Source of the DNA: Narcine bancroftii
Lineage: Eukaryota
Reading direction: 5' to 3'
Length of the DNA: 64,000 bases
Assembly: GCF_036971445.1 (NCBI RefSeq)
Contig: NC_091481.1
Coordinates: 11,222,001 to 11,286,000 of the forward strand
This document shows, in pieces, positions 48,540-61,150 of this stretch (its first letter is position 1; every line of letters begins with the position of its first letter). The notes under the pieces are model-generated. The model was not told where the DNA came from. It made no database searches and saw nothing but the letters and a program-made list of their open reading frames with translations. A program made the position numbers and the translations under genes.

Positions 48540-49290
48540 CAGATTTGATTTCAAATTTATTGTCAGACGACATGCATGACACATACAACTGAGATTCCTT
48601 TTTCCTGCGGGTGTGGCAGAATTACCACTAATTGGTAGTGCAAAAATAAACTGTACACAGCATAATGCATGTAAATACACAAAGAACTGTAAACAGATAA
48701 TGAATGCAAACAAACTGCAATACAGAGAGAACAAAAAGAAAGTCAATAAATTACACAAGTAAGAGTGCTTAAATGAGTCTCTCATTGAGTTTGTCATTAA
48801 GGAGTCTGATGGTGAAGGGGTAGCAGCTGTTCCTGAACCTGCTGGTGTGAGTCTTGCAGCACCTATACCTCTTTCCTGATGGCAGCAGTGAGAACAGAAC
48901 GTGTGCTGGGTGGTGTGGGTCTTTGATGATCGCTGCTGCTCTCCAACGGCAGCATTCCCTGTCAATGTACTCAATAGTGGGGAGGGTTTTGACATGTCCT
49001 GGCTGTGTCCGCTACCTTTTGGAGGGCTTTATGCCCAAAGGTAATGTTGTTCCCATACCAGACCATGACGCAGCTGGTCAGCACCCTTTCCATCGCACCT
49101 CTTTAGAAATTTGCCAGGGTTCCTGATGTCATACCAAACCTCCGCAAACCCTTGAGGAAATAGAAGCACTAATGTGCTTTCTTCATGACACCATTGGTGC
49201 GTTGGGTCCAGGAAAGATCCTCCAAGATAGTGACTCCCAAGAACTTAAATTTGCTCACCCTCTCCACCTCTGAATCCCAGTGATCACTGG
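48540..49290 (-). mobile_element. Rex1/Babar-type LINE 3' fragment
   Basis: rc encodes FKFLGVTI.EDLSWTQH...KKA...LYFL..LR; 3' tail near 48545. Confidence 0.75.
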
Positions 49291-49395
49291 CCTATAATTG
49301 TACAGCAGCTTGGCATATCTGCAAATATGCACCTCTTGCATTCCTGTGTCTGATTTTCGTCATTGTCTCTCCTTTGCAATATTGAGAGCAGATTA

Positions 49396-49650
49396 GGGCG
49401 GCACAGTTGGCGTAGTAGTTAGCGGAACGCTTTTACAGTGCCAGCGATTGGGACTGGAGTTCAAATCTCACACTGTCTGTAAGAAGTTTGTATGTTCTCC
49501 CTGTGTCTGCGTGGGTTTTCCCCAGGGGCTCCAGTATCCTTCCACTGTTCGAAACGTACCGGGGTTGTAGGTTAATGGGGTGTAAATTGGGTGGCACGGG
49601 CTTGTTGCTGAAATGGCCTGTTACTGTGCTCGCTGCCTAAATTAAAATTT
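49396..49650 (+). mobile_element. tRNA-derived SINE
   Basis: ggcgtagtagttag A box, gagttcaaatct B box; homologous to 21262-21480. Confidence 0.8.
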
Positions 49651-50044
49651 AGGCCTTGTATCTAAGGAGGGATGTGTTGATGTTAGAGAGGGTCCAGAGG
49701 AAGTTTACAAGATGTATTTGAAGGCTTTGGGCATGAACATGTTGGAGGTTTGTAAGGATGAGGGGGGTGGGGTCTCATTGAAAAGGCGTGATAAAGTGGA
49801 CGTAGAGAAGATGTTTCCAGTCACGGAAGTATCGAGAGAAGGCAGGTGAATGGGGTTGAGAGGGAAAATACATAAATTACGATTCAAATGGCAGTGCAGA
49901 ATCAATATACTAACTCTGCTCCTAACAGCTTGTGATCTCAACATCTCAAATCTAGAGAAGTCTTGCCCAAACAGAAATATTTTCTTTGACCTCACTCCCT
50001 CCCTCTCTTGCAAATTACAATTAACTTTGCTCTTTCCCAGTTAA

Positions 50045-51290
50045 AACCATAAGACATGGGATGAGAAATAGGCCATTCAGCCCATCAAGCCTATCCCACC
50101 ATTTATTCACCATATTTCCAATTCCGCCCTACTGCCCAGCATTCTCCTCATAATCTTGATGTCCTAGATAATTAAGAACTTGTCAATCTCCCTTAAATAC
50201 ACCCAACGACAACCGCATGTGGCAACAAATTCCTCAGATTCACCACCCTCTGGCTAAAGAGCTTTGTTTTAATTTTTAAAGTAGACCTACAGCACAGTAA
50301 GGGGCCATTCTGGCCCACTTACACCCAATTGAGCTAGTATGTCTCAAACTGGAGCATCCAGGGAAAACCCCTGCAGACACGAGGAAAATGTACCAACTCC
50401 TGACAGCGGAGGATTCAAGCTCCTCTCTCAATCACTGGTGCTGTAACAGCATTGCGCTAACAGTGCCACCCAAATTTCCTCCTCCGAAGTAGACACTCTT
50501 CAATCCTGAAGTTGTGTCCTCTTGTCCTAGATTCCCACTATGGGAAACAACTTTTTTACATCTACACTGTCCATGCTTTTCACTATTTGAAATGTCAATG
50601 CCAAGAGCTTTCGAACGTTCTGTACACTTTCCGATGTGGTATTTCATTTGCCACTTCTATGCCCATTCTCCGAATCAACCTAAGTCATTCTGCAGCCTCT
50701 CTGTTTCCTCAACACAACCTGTTCCTGCACCTACCTTCAAATCATCTGCAAATTTGGCCACAAAACTATTTACTACATAATCTAAATCATGGAAATACAA
50801 CATTTAAAAAAAAAAAAAGTGGCCCCAACACTAATCCTTGTGGAACATAACCTGCAACTAGCAGCCAACCAAAATATGATCCTTATCTTCTGACTGCTTC
50901 CAGCCAATCAGATAATCTCGACCCACGGTAGAATGTTTCTTTTTACACCATGGGCTCTTGTTAAGTAGCCTCAAGTACGGCACTTGTCAGAGGCCTTCTG
51001 AAAACCCAAATACACAACATCGACTGCATCTCCATTATCCATCTTGCTTGTCTTCTTCAAAGAATTCCAATAACATTTGTCAAGCAAGATTTTCCCTTGA
51101 GGAAATCATGCTGGTTTTTGCCTTTTTTTTGTCATGTCTCCCAAGAACTCTGTATCCTTCACAATCTTCCCTAACATTGATGTCAGGTGAACTGGGTTAT
51201 AATATCCTTTCTGTTGCCTTCATCCTTTCTTGACTAGTAGGGTGACATTTGCGATTTTTCCAGTCCTCAGGGACAATGCCAGATCATTAT
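50045..51290 (-). mobile_element. CR1 LINE fragments with a nested SINE (~50283-50470, minus)
   Basis: rc VPQGLVLGP and FADDL near 50740-50850; CR1 3' end (ggccattcagccc on + strand) near 50070. Confidence 0.65.
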
Positions 51291-51551
51291 CAATGTCTTC
51301 ACAATCTCTACCACGATTTCTTTCAGAAAATGAGGGCGCAATCTATCTGGATCTTCAACCTGAAGTGCAAACTCTTTCTCCTTCCTCAGATGCTGTCTGG
51401 CTTCATCAGTGTTTTCATCATTTTCTATTATTGGAGGTTTACAGCATCTGCAATTTATATTAAAAAAAATATGCAATTAAATCCCATTTCTAAACTTCTA
51501 TGATTTTTCAGCAATAGATGATATCTCTTATGTATGCTAATTTATTTTTAG

Positions 51552-51742
51552 GTTGAGGAAGAAGGATATAACCATCCCATTTTCAGTAACCTTATCTGTA
51601 TATGATGGGTGGATTTCAAATAATTTTGACAAGGAAGCAGTACTGGCATTGGTGGTATTTGAACGCTTTTATATGGCCCCAGGCACTGTTAGGTTACAGA
51701 TCAAAGAGGGTCGTGTTATTGGAACACTGTTCTTGCCACCAG
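51552..51742 (+). CDS. ACOT: ACOT coding exon 4
   Basis: tttttag|...ccag|gtaagg; LRKKDITIPFSVTLSVYDG...ERFYMAPGTVRLQIKEGRVIGTLFLPP; phase 2-1. Confidence 0.95.
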
Positions 51743-51999
51743 GTAAGGAAAAACTGTGCTTCAAATCAATAATATACCAAAGCCTTTCTTTGTTTTGCAA
51801 CATAGCATGCCATGGACTTGCACGGCATTATGTCAATTCCTTCTATTTCATTTGCTTTCCTTTCTCTCTAATTTCTTAACCATGAAAGAGACAGAAGAAA
51901 ATAGTTTTACATCGTACTTATTGTGCATCTTTGTGTACTAAGTTGGCTTGATTTCAGTGAATTACATTGAAGGATGTTTGAGTTCACTGTCAACGTAAC

Positions 52000-52863
52000 A
52001 TGCTTGAAATTCTTGCTGCAGCCAAACAGTATGACACACCAGTATGATAGTATACATTAAATTTCCCCGAGAAGGATAATCTATAAAGAATAGATAAATA
52101 AATATTCACAGTTACAGTTAGTTCAAGAAAAAAAAGTTGTTTCATTAGCGCAGACAGATCTTTTTGATGGTCCCAGAGTAACTAATGGTTAGGCAAGTAA
52201 GAGGTTCAAGAATCTAATGTACTTTTTCTTGAAGGTAACAGCAAGAAGAAGATGTGATTAGGGTGAATTGAGTCATTTATGATGATAAATTTAACTTTAG
52301 AAATGCAGCAAACCCATCTGGCCCACAAGCTCGCTCTTCCCACCCCCCCTCACCATGTTGGTTGCCTTCTTGAGGCAGCACCTTATGGATCTCTTTGATG
52401 GATTGGGAGGTTGGAGCCGATGATGGACCTGGCCTTTCTGTATTTCTGCATTCCTGGGCATTTCAAACCTGGGTATGGAAGCTTGATAGAGTATTTAATA
52501 ACATGTCACCTGAGAAAGTAGAGCCATTGGTGTACCTTTTTCATGGTTGCCTTTATGTGAAGTCCAAGTGAAGTCCTCTGATTTGTGGACTCTCAGGAAC
52601 GTGAAGCTACCAACCCTCTCCACCGCTGTCCCATCAGTACTGATATATGCATTGTACCTTGGGCTCCCCTTAATAGACTCGTTAATGTTGAGAACATGAT
52701 TGTTGTTCTGGCACCACCCAAACAGAATGGCTCTCCATTCTGCATTGTGACTCATCATATCCCTTTATGACTATGCAGTCATGAGTGTACAGGGGACTAG
52801 GCACATAGCCTTGTATTGCCTCTTTGTGGTTGGTCAGTGAGGAGAAGCTGATACTGCTGATGC
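52000..52863 (-). mobile_element. Rex1/Babar-type LINE fragment, interrupted by the solo LTR at 52868
   Basis: Minus ORF 52495-52758: WCQNNN.VLN, VERVGSFTFL.VH.SED..WT. Confidence 0.65.
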
Positions 52864-52867
52864 ACAC

Positions 52868-53175
52868 TGTGACAGATTATAGCTATGTTTTGGGGAGATA
52901 AATTGGGGCAGATTTTTTAGTGTAGGTCACATACAAACACTTTAAAACCGATCTTTTTTAAAATGCTGGAGCTCTGCTCATGCTAGACATGTCGAGGTCT
53001 CAGAGCCTTTGCAAAAGCTTTGGAGAGTGCCCAAGAGACTTCACTAATAGATTGTTGTTTACAAAAAGGCAACAGATGAAGGAGCTTGTCAGAGCCACAG
53101 ACAGTCTGAAGGGGAACTTGCTGTTCTAAGAGGGCCATGTTGTTTTGCAAGCAGAGAGAGAAAGCAGGTTTTTTC

Positions 53176-53211
<36 letters not shown>

Positions 53212-53892
53212 TTCAGTTCTGCAGTTTTACAGACAGCAGCAGCAGCTGGGAATGGAACAGGACAAGCTGGCAAGCTTGTGGAAAAACCCATTTGGAAGAT
53301 GGGTTGTGACCGCTTGGATCAGCCTGGTCAGAGCCCTTGTGGCTCACACAAGAGGAGAGGACTGGCTGCCAAATGTTTCACTTGAAATAAGAGAAACAAA
53401 AAAGGAAGTCTGTGGTGACCTGAAAGAAAAAGGTTATCATCTGGAAAACCCTGATGGGGCAAGTTTCTTCAGCAAGACACTGAAGTGGCTGGTTACAAGG
53501 AATCAGTTGTGGGTGTCCAGTGAACACAAATCACTCTCTGAAAACCGACAAGAACCTTCGTGAGCAGTAACCATTTACCTTTTACAAGCACCAAACCCTG
53601 ATTAACTTCATAAATGTTAACTGTGCACAGTATAAGAATTGCCTGCAACCAGTAAACTTGGAGGAATGAGACATGAGATTGGACTGTGAATCAAATAACT
53701 TTTCTGAACTTACACACATAGTACATACACGTGTGCTTAGAATTAGAAGGGGGTTAAATTAAAAGTAATAGGTTAAAGTTTGATCCTGTTTTCATGTTTA
53801 AAAATAATTAAAAGCAACTTTTGTTTAAGTAATCATTTGTCTTGGTGATTATCTATTGCTGCTGGGTTTTGGGGTGCTCTGGGCTCGTAACA
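52868..53892 (+). mobile_element. Solo LTR (~1.03 kb)
   Basis: tgtgaca...gtaaca termini; 4-bp TSD acac (52864-67 / 53893-96); homologous to 35917-36974; internal (AG)n at ~53178-53207. Confidence 0.9.
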
Positions 53893-54111
53893 ACACCGAC
53901 TGGGGTCTGCCAAAGGGGAAGTGAGAAGCTAGTTGCAGAAAGTTGAATAGAATCTGAGATCCTTTAGCTTGATATTTTTGAGGATGATGTATGGATGATA
54001 TACTTTCCACATGTGTCGTAATTTTGATTCAGATAAGTGCCTAATGTCTTATTGTATTCTAGCAATCTGTTGTTTACATTTTATAACTGTGCTTCCTGAT
54101 ATATTTATTAG

Positions 54112-54287
54112 GCCCTGGACCATTTCCTGCAGTTCTAGACATGTGGGGTGGTGGAGGGGGTCTGGTTGAATACAGAGCGGCTCTTCTTGCATCCAGAGGA
54201 TATGCAGCCCTTGCCTTGGCGTATAAAGAATATAAGGATGTTCCACCACCAGAGGAAGTTTTTGATTCAAAACTTTCTTACTTTGAG
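54112..54287 (+). CDS. ACOT: ACOT coding exon 5
   Basis: [38 protein letters not shown]...LSYFE, a highly conserved ACOT/BAAT block; canonical splice sites. Confidence 0.97.
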
Positions 54288-54688
54288 GTAAAGAATATTT
54301 CATTGAAAACATATTTGAACTTAATGAATTCATTTGAAAGTTGGATAGTTGGCCAGTTTCCTCTAAATATTTGATTTCATAAATTATTAAATTGAAGACC
54401 TGAATGTTTTTCTGTTTCGATGGAAAAAATGGGAGCATGGGAATAGTATGTCTCTTCATTGTACTCACAACTAGATGACTCAGTGGTGTGAAAAGAACAT
54501 CGCTACAATTGATTCTATCAGAATATAAGTGGGCCAAAAAAACCAGGCACAAGCAAAGGATGTCAGAGGTCATGTCCTGTCTAAATACCAGAATCAAAGA
54601 TAATTGATGTTTGCACTTGTTAGTTACAGTGATGTATGTGGCCATTAAATAACAAGTTACTGCAGCATTGTTGTTCAATGATACACAG

Positions 54689-54808
54689 GAGGCCTTTGAT
54701 GTCTTGAATAACCATCCAAAGATTGCAAAAGACAGGACTGCCTTTGTGGGCCTTTCACTTGGATTCACAGTCGCACTCCTGATGGCAACAGAGATCCCAA
54801 ATATTCAT
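54689..54808 (+). CDS. ACOT: ACOT coding exon 6 (nucleophile Ser)
   Basis: EAFDVLNNHPKIAKDRTAFVGLSLGFTVALLMATEIPNIH; G-x-S-x-G elbow; cag|...cat|gtaagt. Confidence 0.95.
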
Positions 54809-55380
54809 GTAAGTTGATCAATCTTGAAAATTACTTGTGAAAGAAGAATGTAAAGTTGGCATCAAATGGAATCTTGACAGAGTAATACTGTTATTACAAG
54901 ATTGAGGATGGTTGTATATCTATTCAGTTAGATTTTTATAATCTATAGGGTTTTTAATATATTTTTTGAAATATATTATTTCAAATACAGTATTTTTTGA
55001 AATGGCTACTGCAAAAACGTAGTGTTAGGGGTAAAGATGAGAATTTGTATAAATTTTCTATCAGATAGTTATAAAGAAACCTGTGTGTTTTTAAAATAGA
55101 TTTATTCATTTGGTTTTGCCTTTTGCAAAACAATTAAGTATTTGACAGGACAATCTTAAGAGATCCCAAGTAAATGAGGAATTTTTGTGGTTCTGAACCA
55201 ATGCTCAATATTATAAAACATATCAGAATTGTGGCTGGTTAGCATTATTGATGAATGTTTTTTTTTGTTGGAAATTGATTAAACTGTTACTGGTCTTCTT
55301 GGATCCTCTTTACAAATAATACAAATTCTTGTGTTGATCTTGATTGTTCAAGCACTGCATATTTTGCATATTTCTTTCAG

Positions 55381-55460
55381 CCCAAGTGCTTAATCTGCAT
55401 CAGTGGAAGTCATATTATACCTTTTCAGGAAGGGACTGAACTATTTGTCAAGGACAATGA
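55381..55460 (+). CDS. ACOT: ACOT coding exon 7
   Basis: tttctttcag|PKCLICISGSHIIPFQEGTELFVKDN|gtaagt; phase 0-2. Confidence 0.9.
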
Positions 55461-55536
55461 GTAAGTTGATCTAATTTCTTGGAATGTTCTTTTTAAATGT
55501 CTTTGCTGTTCTTCACTTGTGATCTAGACTATAATG

Positions 55537-55562
55537 CGCGAGTGACGCGAGTGACGCGAGTT
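55537..55562. repeat. Short CpG-rich tandem repeat (cgcgagtga x~3)
   Basis: cgcgagtga cgcgagtga cgcgagtt in an ACOT intron. Confidence 0.85.
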
Positions 55563-55711
55563 ACCAAGCATATATTAAATATCAAGGAAACTGGGTTGTT
55601 TTCTGCAAATTTGTACAATTGCTTTATCCTCTTGTGAAATTGACAAGTTATAGGTTAATGGACTTGAATCTCAACACCAAATAAAATGTTTATTTTTGTG
55701 TTTTCACCTAG

Positions 55712-55805
55712 TTATACAGACAAAATTAAATTTTCTGAAGAAGGTGCTATGATATGGAGAAACATTCCCTTGCCATTTACAGATAATTTGATGCCCAGGG
55801 TGCAG
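55712..55805 (+). CDS. ACOT: ACOT coding exon 8
   Basis: ttttcacctag|DYTDKIKFSEEGAMIWRNIPLPFTDNLMPRVQ|gtaaaa; phase 2-0. Confidence 0.88.
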
Positions 55806-55869
55806 GTAAAAAAAAAAAAAGATTTTACTGACTGGGAATAAAAAAAAAAAAATTCTTGTCAAGAAGTGG

Positions 55870-56740
55870 AACCATCGAATATTACATCACAGAAACAGGC
55901 ACCTTTGCCCCTTCTAGTCTGTGCCAAACCATTTTTCTGCCTCGTCCGATGGTCTTGCACTAGTCCATAGCCTTCCATACCTTTCCCATCCTCGCCTGTC
56001 CAAATTCTTCTTAAAAGTTAAAATTGAGCCTGCATTCACCACTTCAGCTGGCAGCTTGTTCCACACTCCCATCACTCTGTGTGAATAAGTTCTTCCTCGT
56101 GTACCCCCAAAACTTTTCCCCTTTCCCCCTTAACCCATGTCCTCTGATTTGTATTTCACCTATCCTTAGTGGAAAAAGCCTAACTACCTGTATATTTACT
56201 CTGTCTGTCCCCCTCATTTCAAATACCTCTATCACATATCCCTCATTCTTCTACATTCCAGGAAATAAAGTCTTAACCTGGTTTAATCTTTCCCTGTAAT
56301 TCAATTCCTGAAGCCCTGACAACATCCAAGTAAATCTTATTGATATCTTTCCTGTAGTTAGGTGACCAAAGCTGCACATAATACTCCAAATTTAGCCTCA
56401 CCAATGCCTTATACAACTTTACCAAAACATGCCAACTCCTATATGGAACACTTTGATTTATGAAAGCCAATATGCCAGAAGCTCCCTTTACAATCCTATC
56501 TACCTGTGACGCCACTTTCAGAGAATTATGTATCTGTATTCCCAGATCCCTCTGTTGAACTGCACTCCTCAGTGCCCCCCCATTTACTGTGTATGTCCTT
56601 TCTTGCTTTGACCTTTCAAAATTCAACATTTCACTCTTGTCTGCATTAAATTCCATCTGCCATTTTTCAGTCCATTTTTCCATCTGATCCAGATCCCTCT
56701 GCAACCTTTGAAAATCTTCTTCACTGTCCATAATACCTCC
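55870..56740 (-). mobile_element. CR1 LINE 3' fragment
   Basis: Minus ORFs 56273-56731 (LQRDLD...WQMEFNADK...RDLG...LYKALVRL.LEY.VQ.WSP) and 56044-56235 (RGHGL...RKN.FTQ). Confidence 0.9.
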
Positions 56741-56979
56741 ACTATAGATTAGTATCTGTGCAGCAAGCCAAAGTATATTTTGCTTGTGGACTTATTGCGA
56801 GTTGGTCACATGAAATTAGGCAAGTCAAGGCCATAGCAGGGAAGGATGAGGGATGCACTTAGACCATTATAAGACTACTTATAAACAATGATTATCAGTG
56901 GTGGCAAGTCTCTGTGATGGACAGCTGCTGATTGCCTTTGCAGATTGCTTTTAGCATTGCTTCTACAACAGAGCATGTA

Positions 56980-57830
56980 TTTTTTTAATTTTTAAAATTT
57001 TTTCCCCCACTATGAACCATATCAATCAAAATACGTACAAACATTTCCCTCTTAAATATACACTGTGGCATTTTCTCCCCCTTTTTTCCCCCCCCTCCCT
57101 TCCCTCCCTCCTTCCCACCCCTCTCCAAACCCATTAAATGTTCAACATATACAATACAATTAAACTATTAAACAATGTCATCACACAATGAAAATAAACA
57201 AGAAAATTGTGTCATCTACTTTTACACACTGGATCAGGTCATTTTGTCTTCTTATCATTTTAGGGGGTGGAGGTCCACGGTAGGCCCCCTCTGTTGTGTT
57301 CCATGTATGGTTCCCAAATTTTTTCAAATAATGTGACTTTATTTTTTAAATTCTATGTTATTTTTTTCCAATGGAATACATTTATTCATTTCTATGTACC
57401 ATGGCTGTATTCTCAGGCTCTCTTTTGATTTCCAAGTTGACATTATACATTCTTTTGCTACAGCTAAGGCTATCATAATAAATCTTTTTTGCGCTTCATC
57501 CAGTTTGAGGCCTAATTCTTTACTTATATTACTTAGAAGAAAGATCTCTGGATTTTATTTAATACCTGATTTAGATCTTCCCAAAACTTTTCCACTTTCT
57601 CACATGCCCAAATTGCATGTACAGTTGTTCCCATTTCCTTTTTACAGCGAAAACATCTATCTGATACTGTTGGATCCCATTTATTTAACTTCTGTAACCA
57701 ATTATATTGTATCATGCGTAACCTTGTGTTTATTATATTTTTCATAGTTCCAGAGCTTAACTTTTCGCATATTTCATTTTTTATCTTTATGTTTAAATCT
57801 TGCTCCCACTTTTGTTTAGGTTTATAATGA
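56980..57830 (-). mobile_element. 5'-truncated L1 3' end (family of the 22598 element)
   Basis: Minus ORF 57533-57745 nearly matches the ORF2 C terminus (RLRMIQYNWL...CFRCKKE.GTT.HAIW.C); G-rich 3'UTR and A-tail on the minus strand. Confidence 0.92.
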
Positions 57831-58696
57831 ATTGAGTGAGTTTCAAGGGAATGCAGGATAACAGATTTCCAAACAACAGGATGGGAGATATCAATGTTTT
57901 ACTATACCTTATTTGCAGCTGATATCTGCAATAAAGATAATGGAGATTGTGGAGGAGATGTTCCTGTCAATCCTCTCTGATTGTGGTCTGGAAATGAGGA
58001 AATCCAGGATCCAAGTGGTCTTGGCTTTGGCTGATCGATTTTGAGGGGATGATGGTGTTAAATGCTGACTCTAGTCAAGAATGAGCATCCTGATTTATGT
58101 TTAGGGCTTTGTGTGGATCTGCTGTAGATCTGTTGCTATGATAGGCAATTTGGAATGAATTCATGTTGCCACTCAGACAGGAGCTGAGAGGCTTCAACAC
58201 CAGCCTTTCAAAACACTTCTTCACTGTTGATATGAGTGCCACTGGTCGATTGTCATTTAGGCAGGTGTTACCACATTCTTCTTGTATGATAGATGCCTGT
58301 TTTTAGTATATGTGCTGCCAAAGCAAGGACAATGCACTGTTTGAAACAGTGATGTTGAAGATATCCATGAATACATTGTCAAGTTGGTCAGCAGACTTTT
58401 AATACTTGGCTGGGTACTCCATCCAGACCAGATACTTTCACCAGATTCCTTCTCCTGAAGAAAGCCCACATGTCATCCTGGGTTATGGAGAGGATCATCA
58501 AGCGATGTTCTTAAGGTTGAGTTTATCTGGGAGAGGAGATTTGCTGTCTCCTACTGCACTGGATTTGGGTTGCAGCAGGCTACGTCATTTAGACCCTGAA
58601 TCAGCTGTTCTGTTGTTTCCATTTTTAAACTCCTGTCTTCACAGCTTTGCTTTAAATCATTTGTTCACAACATATTCCTTTGTCTTTAATTGAAAG

Positions 58697-58777
58697 ATTG
58701 ATAAAATCCAATCCCCTTTGATGATTATCTGTGGTGAAGATGATCAGAACTGGCCGACAGCTGAATCTGCCGTTGAG
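58697..58777 (+). CDS. ACOT: ACOT coding exon 9 (catalytic Asp)
   Basis: IDKIQSPLMIICGEDDQNWPTAESAVE|gtaaat; G.DD.NW motif. Confidence 0.93.
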
Positions 58778-58862
58778 GTAAATGCAGATACTGCTCACTT
58801 GCAAGTGAGATTTTGGATCGAAAGTATTTGTAGGTGTAAACTTAGTTGCTTTTTTCTCTCAG

Positions 58863-59004
58863 ATAAAGAAGTTGATGAAGACTGCAGGAAATGATCACTT
58901 GCTCACAACTATCTTCTACCCTCAGACTGGACATCTGATTGAGCCTCCATATAGTCCTCATTTCAGGATAACCAAGTTTAAGATTCATTCAATAAACAAA
59001 ACTG
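58863..59004 (+). CDS. ACOT: ACOT coding exon 10 (catalytic His); terminal exon not found in window
   Basis: tttttctctcag|IKKLMKTAGNDHLLTTIFYPQTGHLIEPPYSPHFRITKFKIHSINKT G|gtaagg; YP..GHLIEPPY motif. Confidence 0.95.
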
Positions 59005-59735
59005 GTAAGGTGTTATATTACCTGAAGTGAAATTTTATTAATGATAATGCCCATTAAATTACAGTTGTTTAATGTAAATTTGGTAAATAGTTTTCTACTC
59101 CTTTAAAATGGCATAATGCCAAGTTTGTAGAACTGCTGTCTAATAGCAGCAATTCTGATTTCTAGTGTTATCCGAGTGAAGTTTGCATGTTTCTCTGTGA
59201 CTGTGTGGTTTCCTCCTTCATCCTAAGGTCGGTAAATTAATTGGCCACTGGTGCACAGATGGAGTAGTTCTGAGAAATGGTATACAATTAAGAGGAAGTG
59301 GGTTCATGGTGGATCAAAGAGCCTGTTTTCATGTTTTATAAGTGCATTTATGCTTTTGCCTTCAAAGCCATTATATTCATTTTCCTGTTCTTTAGTAGCA
59401 TACACAGTGTGCTATTTGATGCCAGTATCTTGCATTTCACTTTAACGGTGATATTATCTAGATAAGCAGTTGAATGCGTGAAACTGTTTTGAATTTAGGC
59501 ATTGATTGGAATGGGGTTAGAATTAATGTATGATATCAAAATGGATTCCCCCTACTGCCTCCCCCTGAAATTTCCATAATTTTGGAATACAGTATTCTTG
59601 GACATCATAACTTCTAAATGAAACCGATAGGAGTAGGCCATTAGCATGCTCAAGCCTGGGATTTCCATTGAGTAAGATCATGGTGATCTGATTGCAACCA
59701 CGAGTCTACATCCCTTTGTTTATCAAGTATCTTTC

Positions 59736-60750
59736 ACCAAGACACAAGAGCAACCTCCGTGAACTACTCTTTGCAGACGATGCCGCTTTAGTTGCCCATT
59801 CAGAGCCAGCTCTCCAGCGCATGACGTCCTGTTTTGCGGAAACTGCCAAAATGTTTGGCCTGGAAGTCAGCCTGAAGAAAACTGAGGTCCTCCATCAGCC
59901 AGCTTCCCACCATGACCACCAGCTCCCCCACATCTCCATCGAGCACACTGAACTCAAAACGGTCAACCAGTTTACCTACCTCGGCTGCACCATTTCATCT
60001 GATGCAAGGATTGACAAAGAGATAGACAACAGACTCGCCAAGGCAATTAGAGCCTTTGGAAGACTACACAAAAGAGTCTGGAAAAACAACCACCTGAAGA
60101 AACACACAAAGATCAGCGTGTACAGAGCCGTTGTCATACCCACGCTTCTGTTCGGCTCCGAATCATGGGTCCTCTACCGGCATCACCTACGGCTCCTAGA
60201 ACGTTTCCATCAGCGCTGTCTCCGCTCCATCCTCAACATTAATTGGAATGACTTCATCACCAACATCGAAGTACTCGAGCTGACAGAGTCCTCAAGCATC
60301 GAATCCACGCTGCTGAAGACCCAACTTTGCTGGGTGGGTCACGTCTCCAGAATGGAGGACCATCGTCTTCCCAAGATCGTGTTCTATGGCGAGCTCTCCA
60401 TTGGCCACCGAGACAGAGGTGCACCAAAGAAGAGGTACAAGGACTGCTTAAAGAAATCTCTTGGTGCCTGCCACATTGACCACCGCCAGTGGGCTGATAT
60501 CGCCTCCAACCGTGCACCTTGGCGCCTCACAGTTCGGCGGGCAGCAACATCCTTTGAAGAAGACCGCAGAGCCCACCTCACTGACAAAAGACAAAGGAGG
60601 AAAAACCCAACCCCCAACTTTTCCCTTGCAACCGCTGAAACCGTGCCTGCCTGTCCCGCATCGGACTTGTCAGTCACCAACGAGCCTGCAGCAGACGTGG
60701 ACATACCCCTCCATAAATCTTTGTCCGCTAAGCCAAGCCAGAGAAGAGAT
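59736..60750 (+). mobile_element. 5'-truncated RTE-clade LINE (RT C terminus and zinc-finger remnant)
   Basis: LRELLFADDAAL, FGLEVSLKKTEV, FTYLG, LLFGSESW, WVGHVSRM..RLPK; shifted-frame FPCNR*NRACLSRIGLVSHQRAC; tail aagccaagccagagaaga. Confidence 0.92.
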
Positions 60751-61150
60751 CTCTCGAAGTCTACCTTAAAAATATTCAAAGACTTTGCTCTGTTATCTTA
60801 TTAAAATAACAAAGGCTTGAGACCACCTAAATGGAGGAAAAAAAAGTCACCTGGAGCCACTCTGAAATGGACAACTCCTTATGTTTAAACATTAACACCT
60901 AGTTCTACATTCTCACTGGAGTAAAATTCTCTCCAGATACTCTTCTCATGTCCAGTGAATACAAGATTCTCATCAGGTAGTCTATTCCTATCACAGTCTA
61001 ATCAACCTTTTCTGAACTCCTTCCAACACATTAATATTCTTGTGTGAATAAGGAGGCTATTACAATATAAGTGTATAGAGGTGTTCCCACAAATGCATTG
61101 CATAACTAAAACATAATCTCGCTACAAGCAAATAAATAAATAACATACAC

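Noticed and set aside
54049-54768. 239-aa minus-strand ORF
   Set aside because: Antisense shadow of ACOT exons 5-6 and their intron; no recognisable motifs.
59396-59445. Possible alternative ACOT terminal exon (VAYTVCYLMPVSCISL*)
   Set aside because: Lacks the conserved WGG...HA.AQ..W C-terminal block.
59692-60804. 370-aa ORF as a host gene
   Set aside because: It is a truncated RTE RT with a frameshifted tail, read through from flanking sequence.
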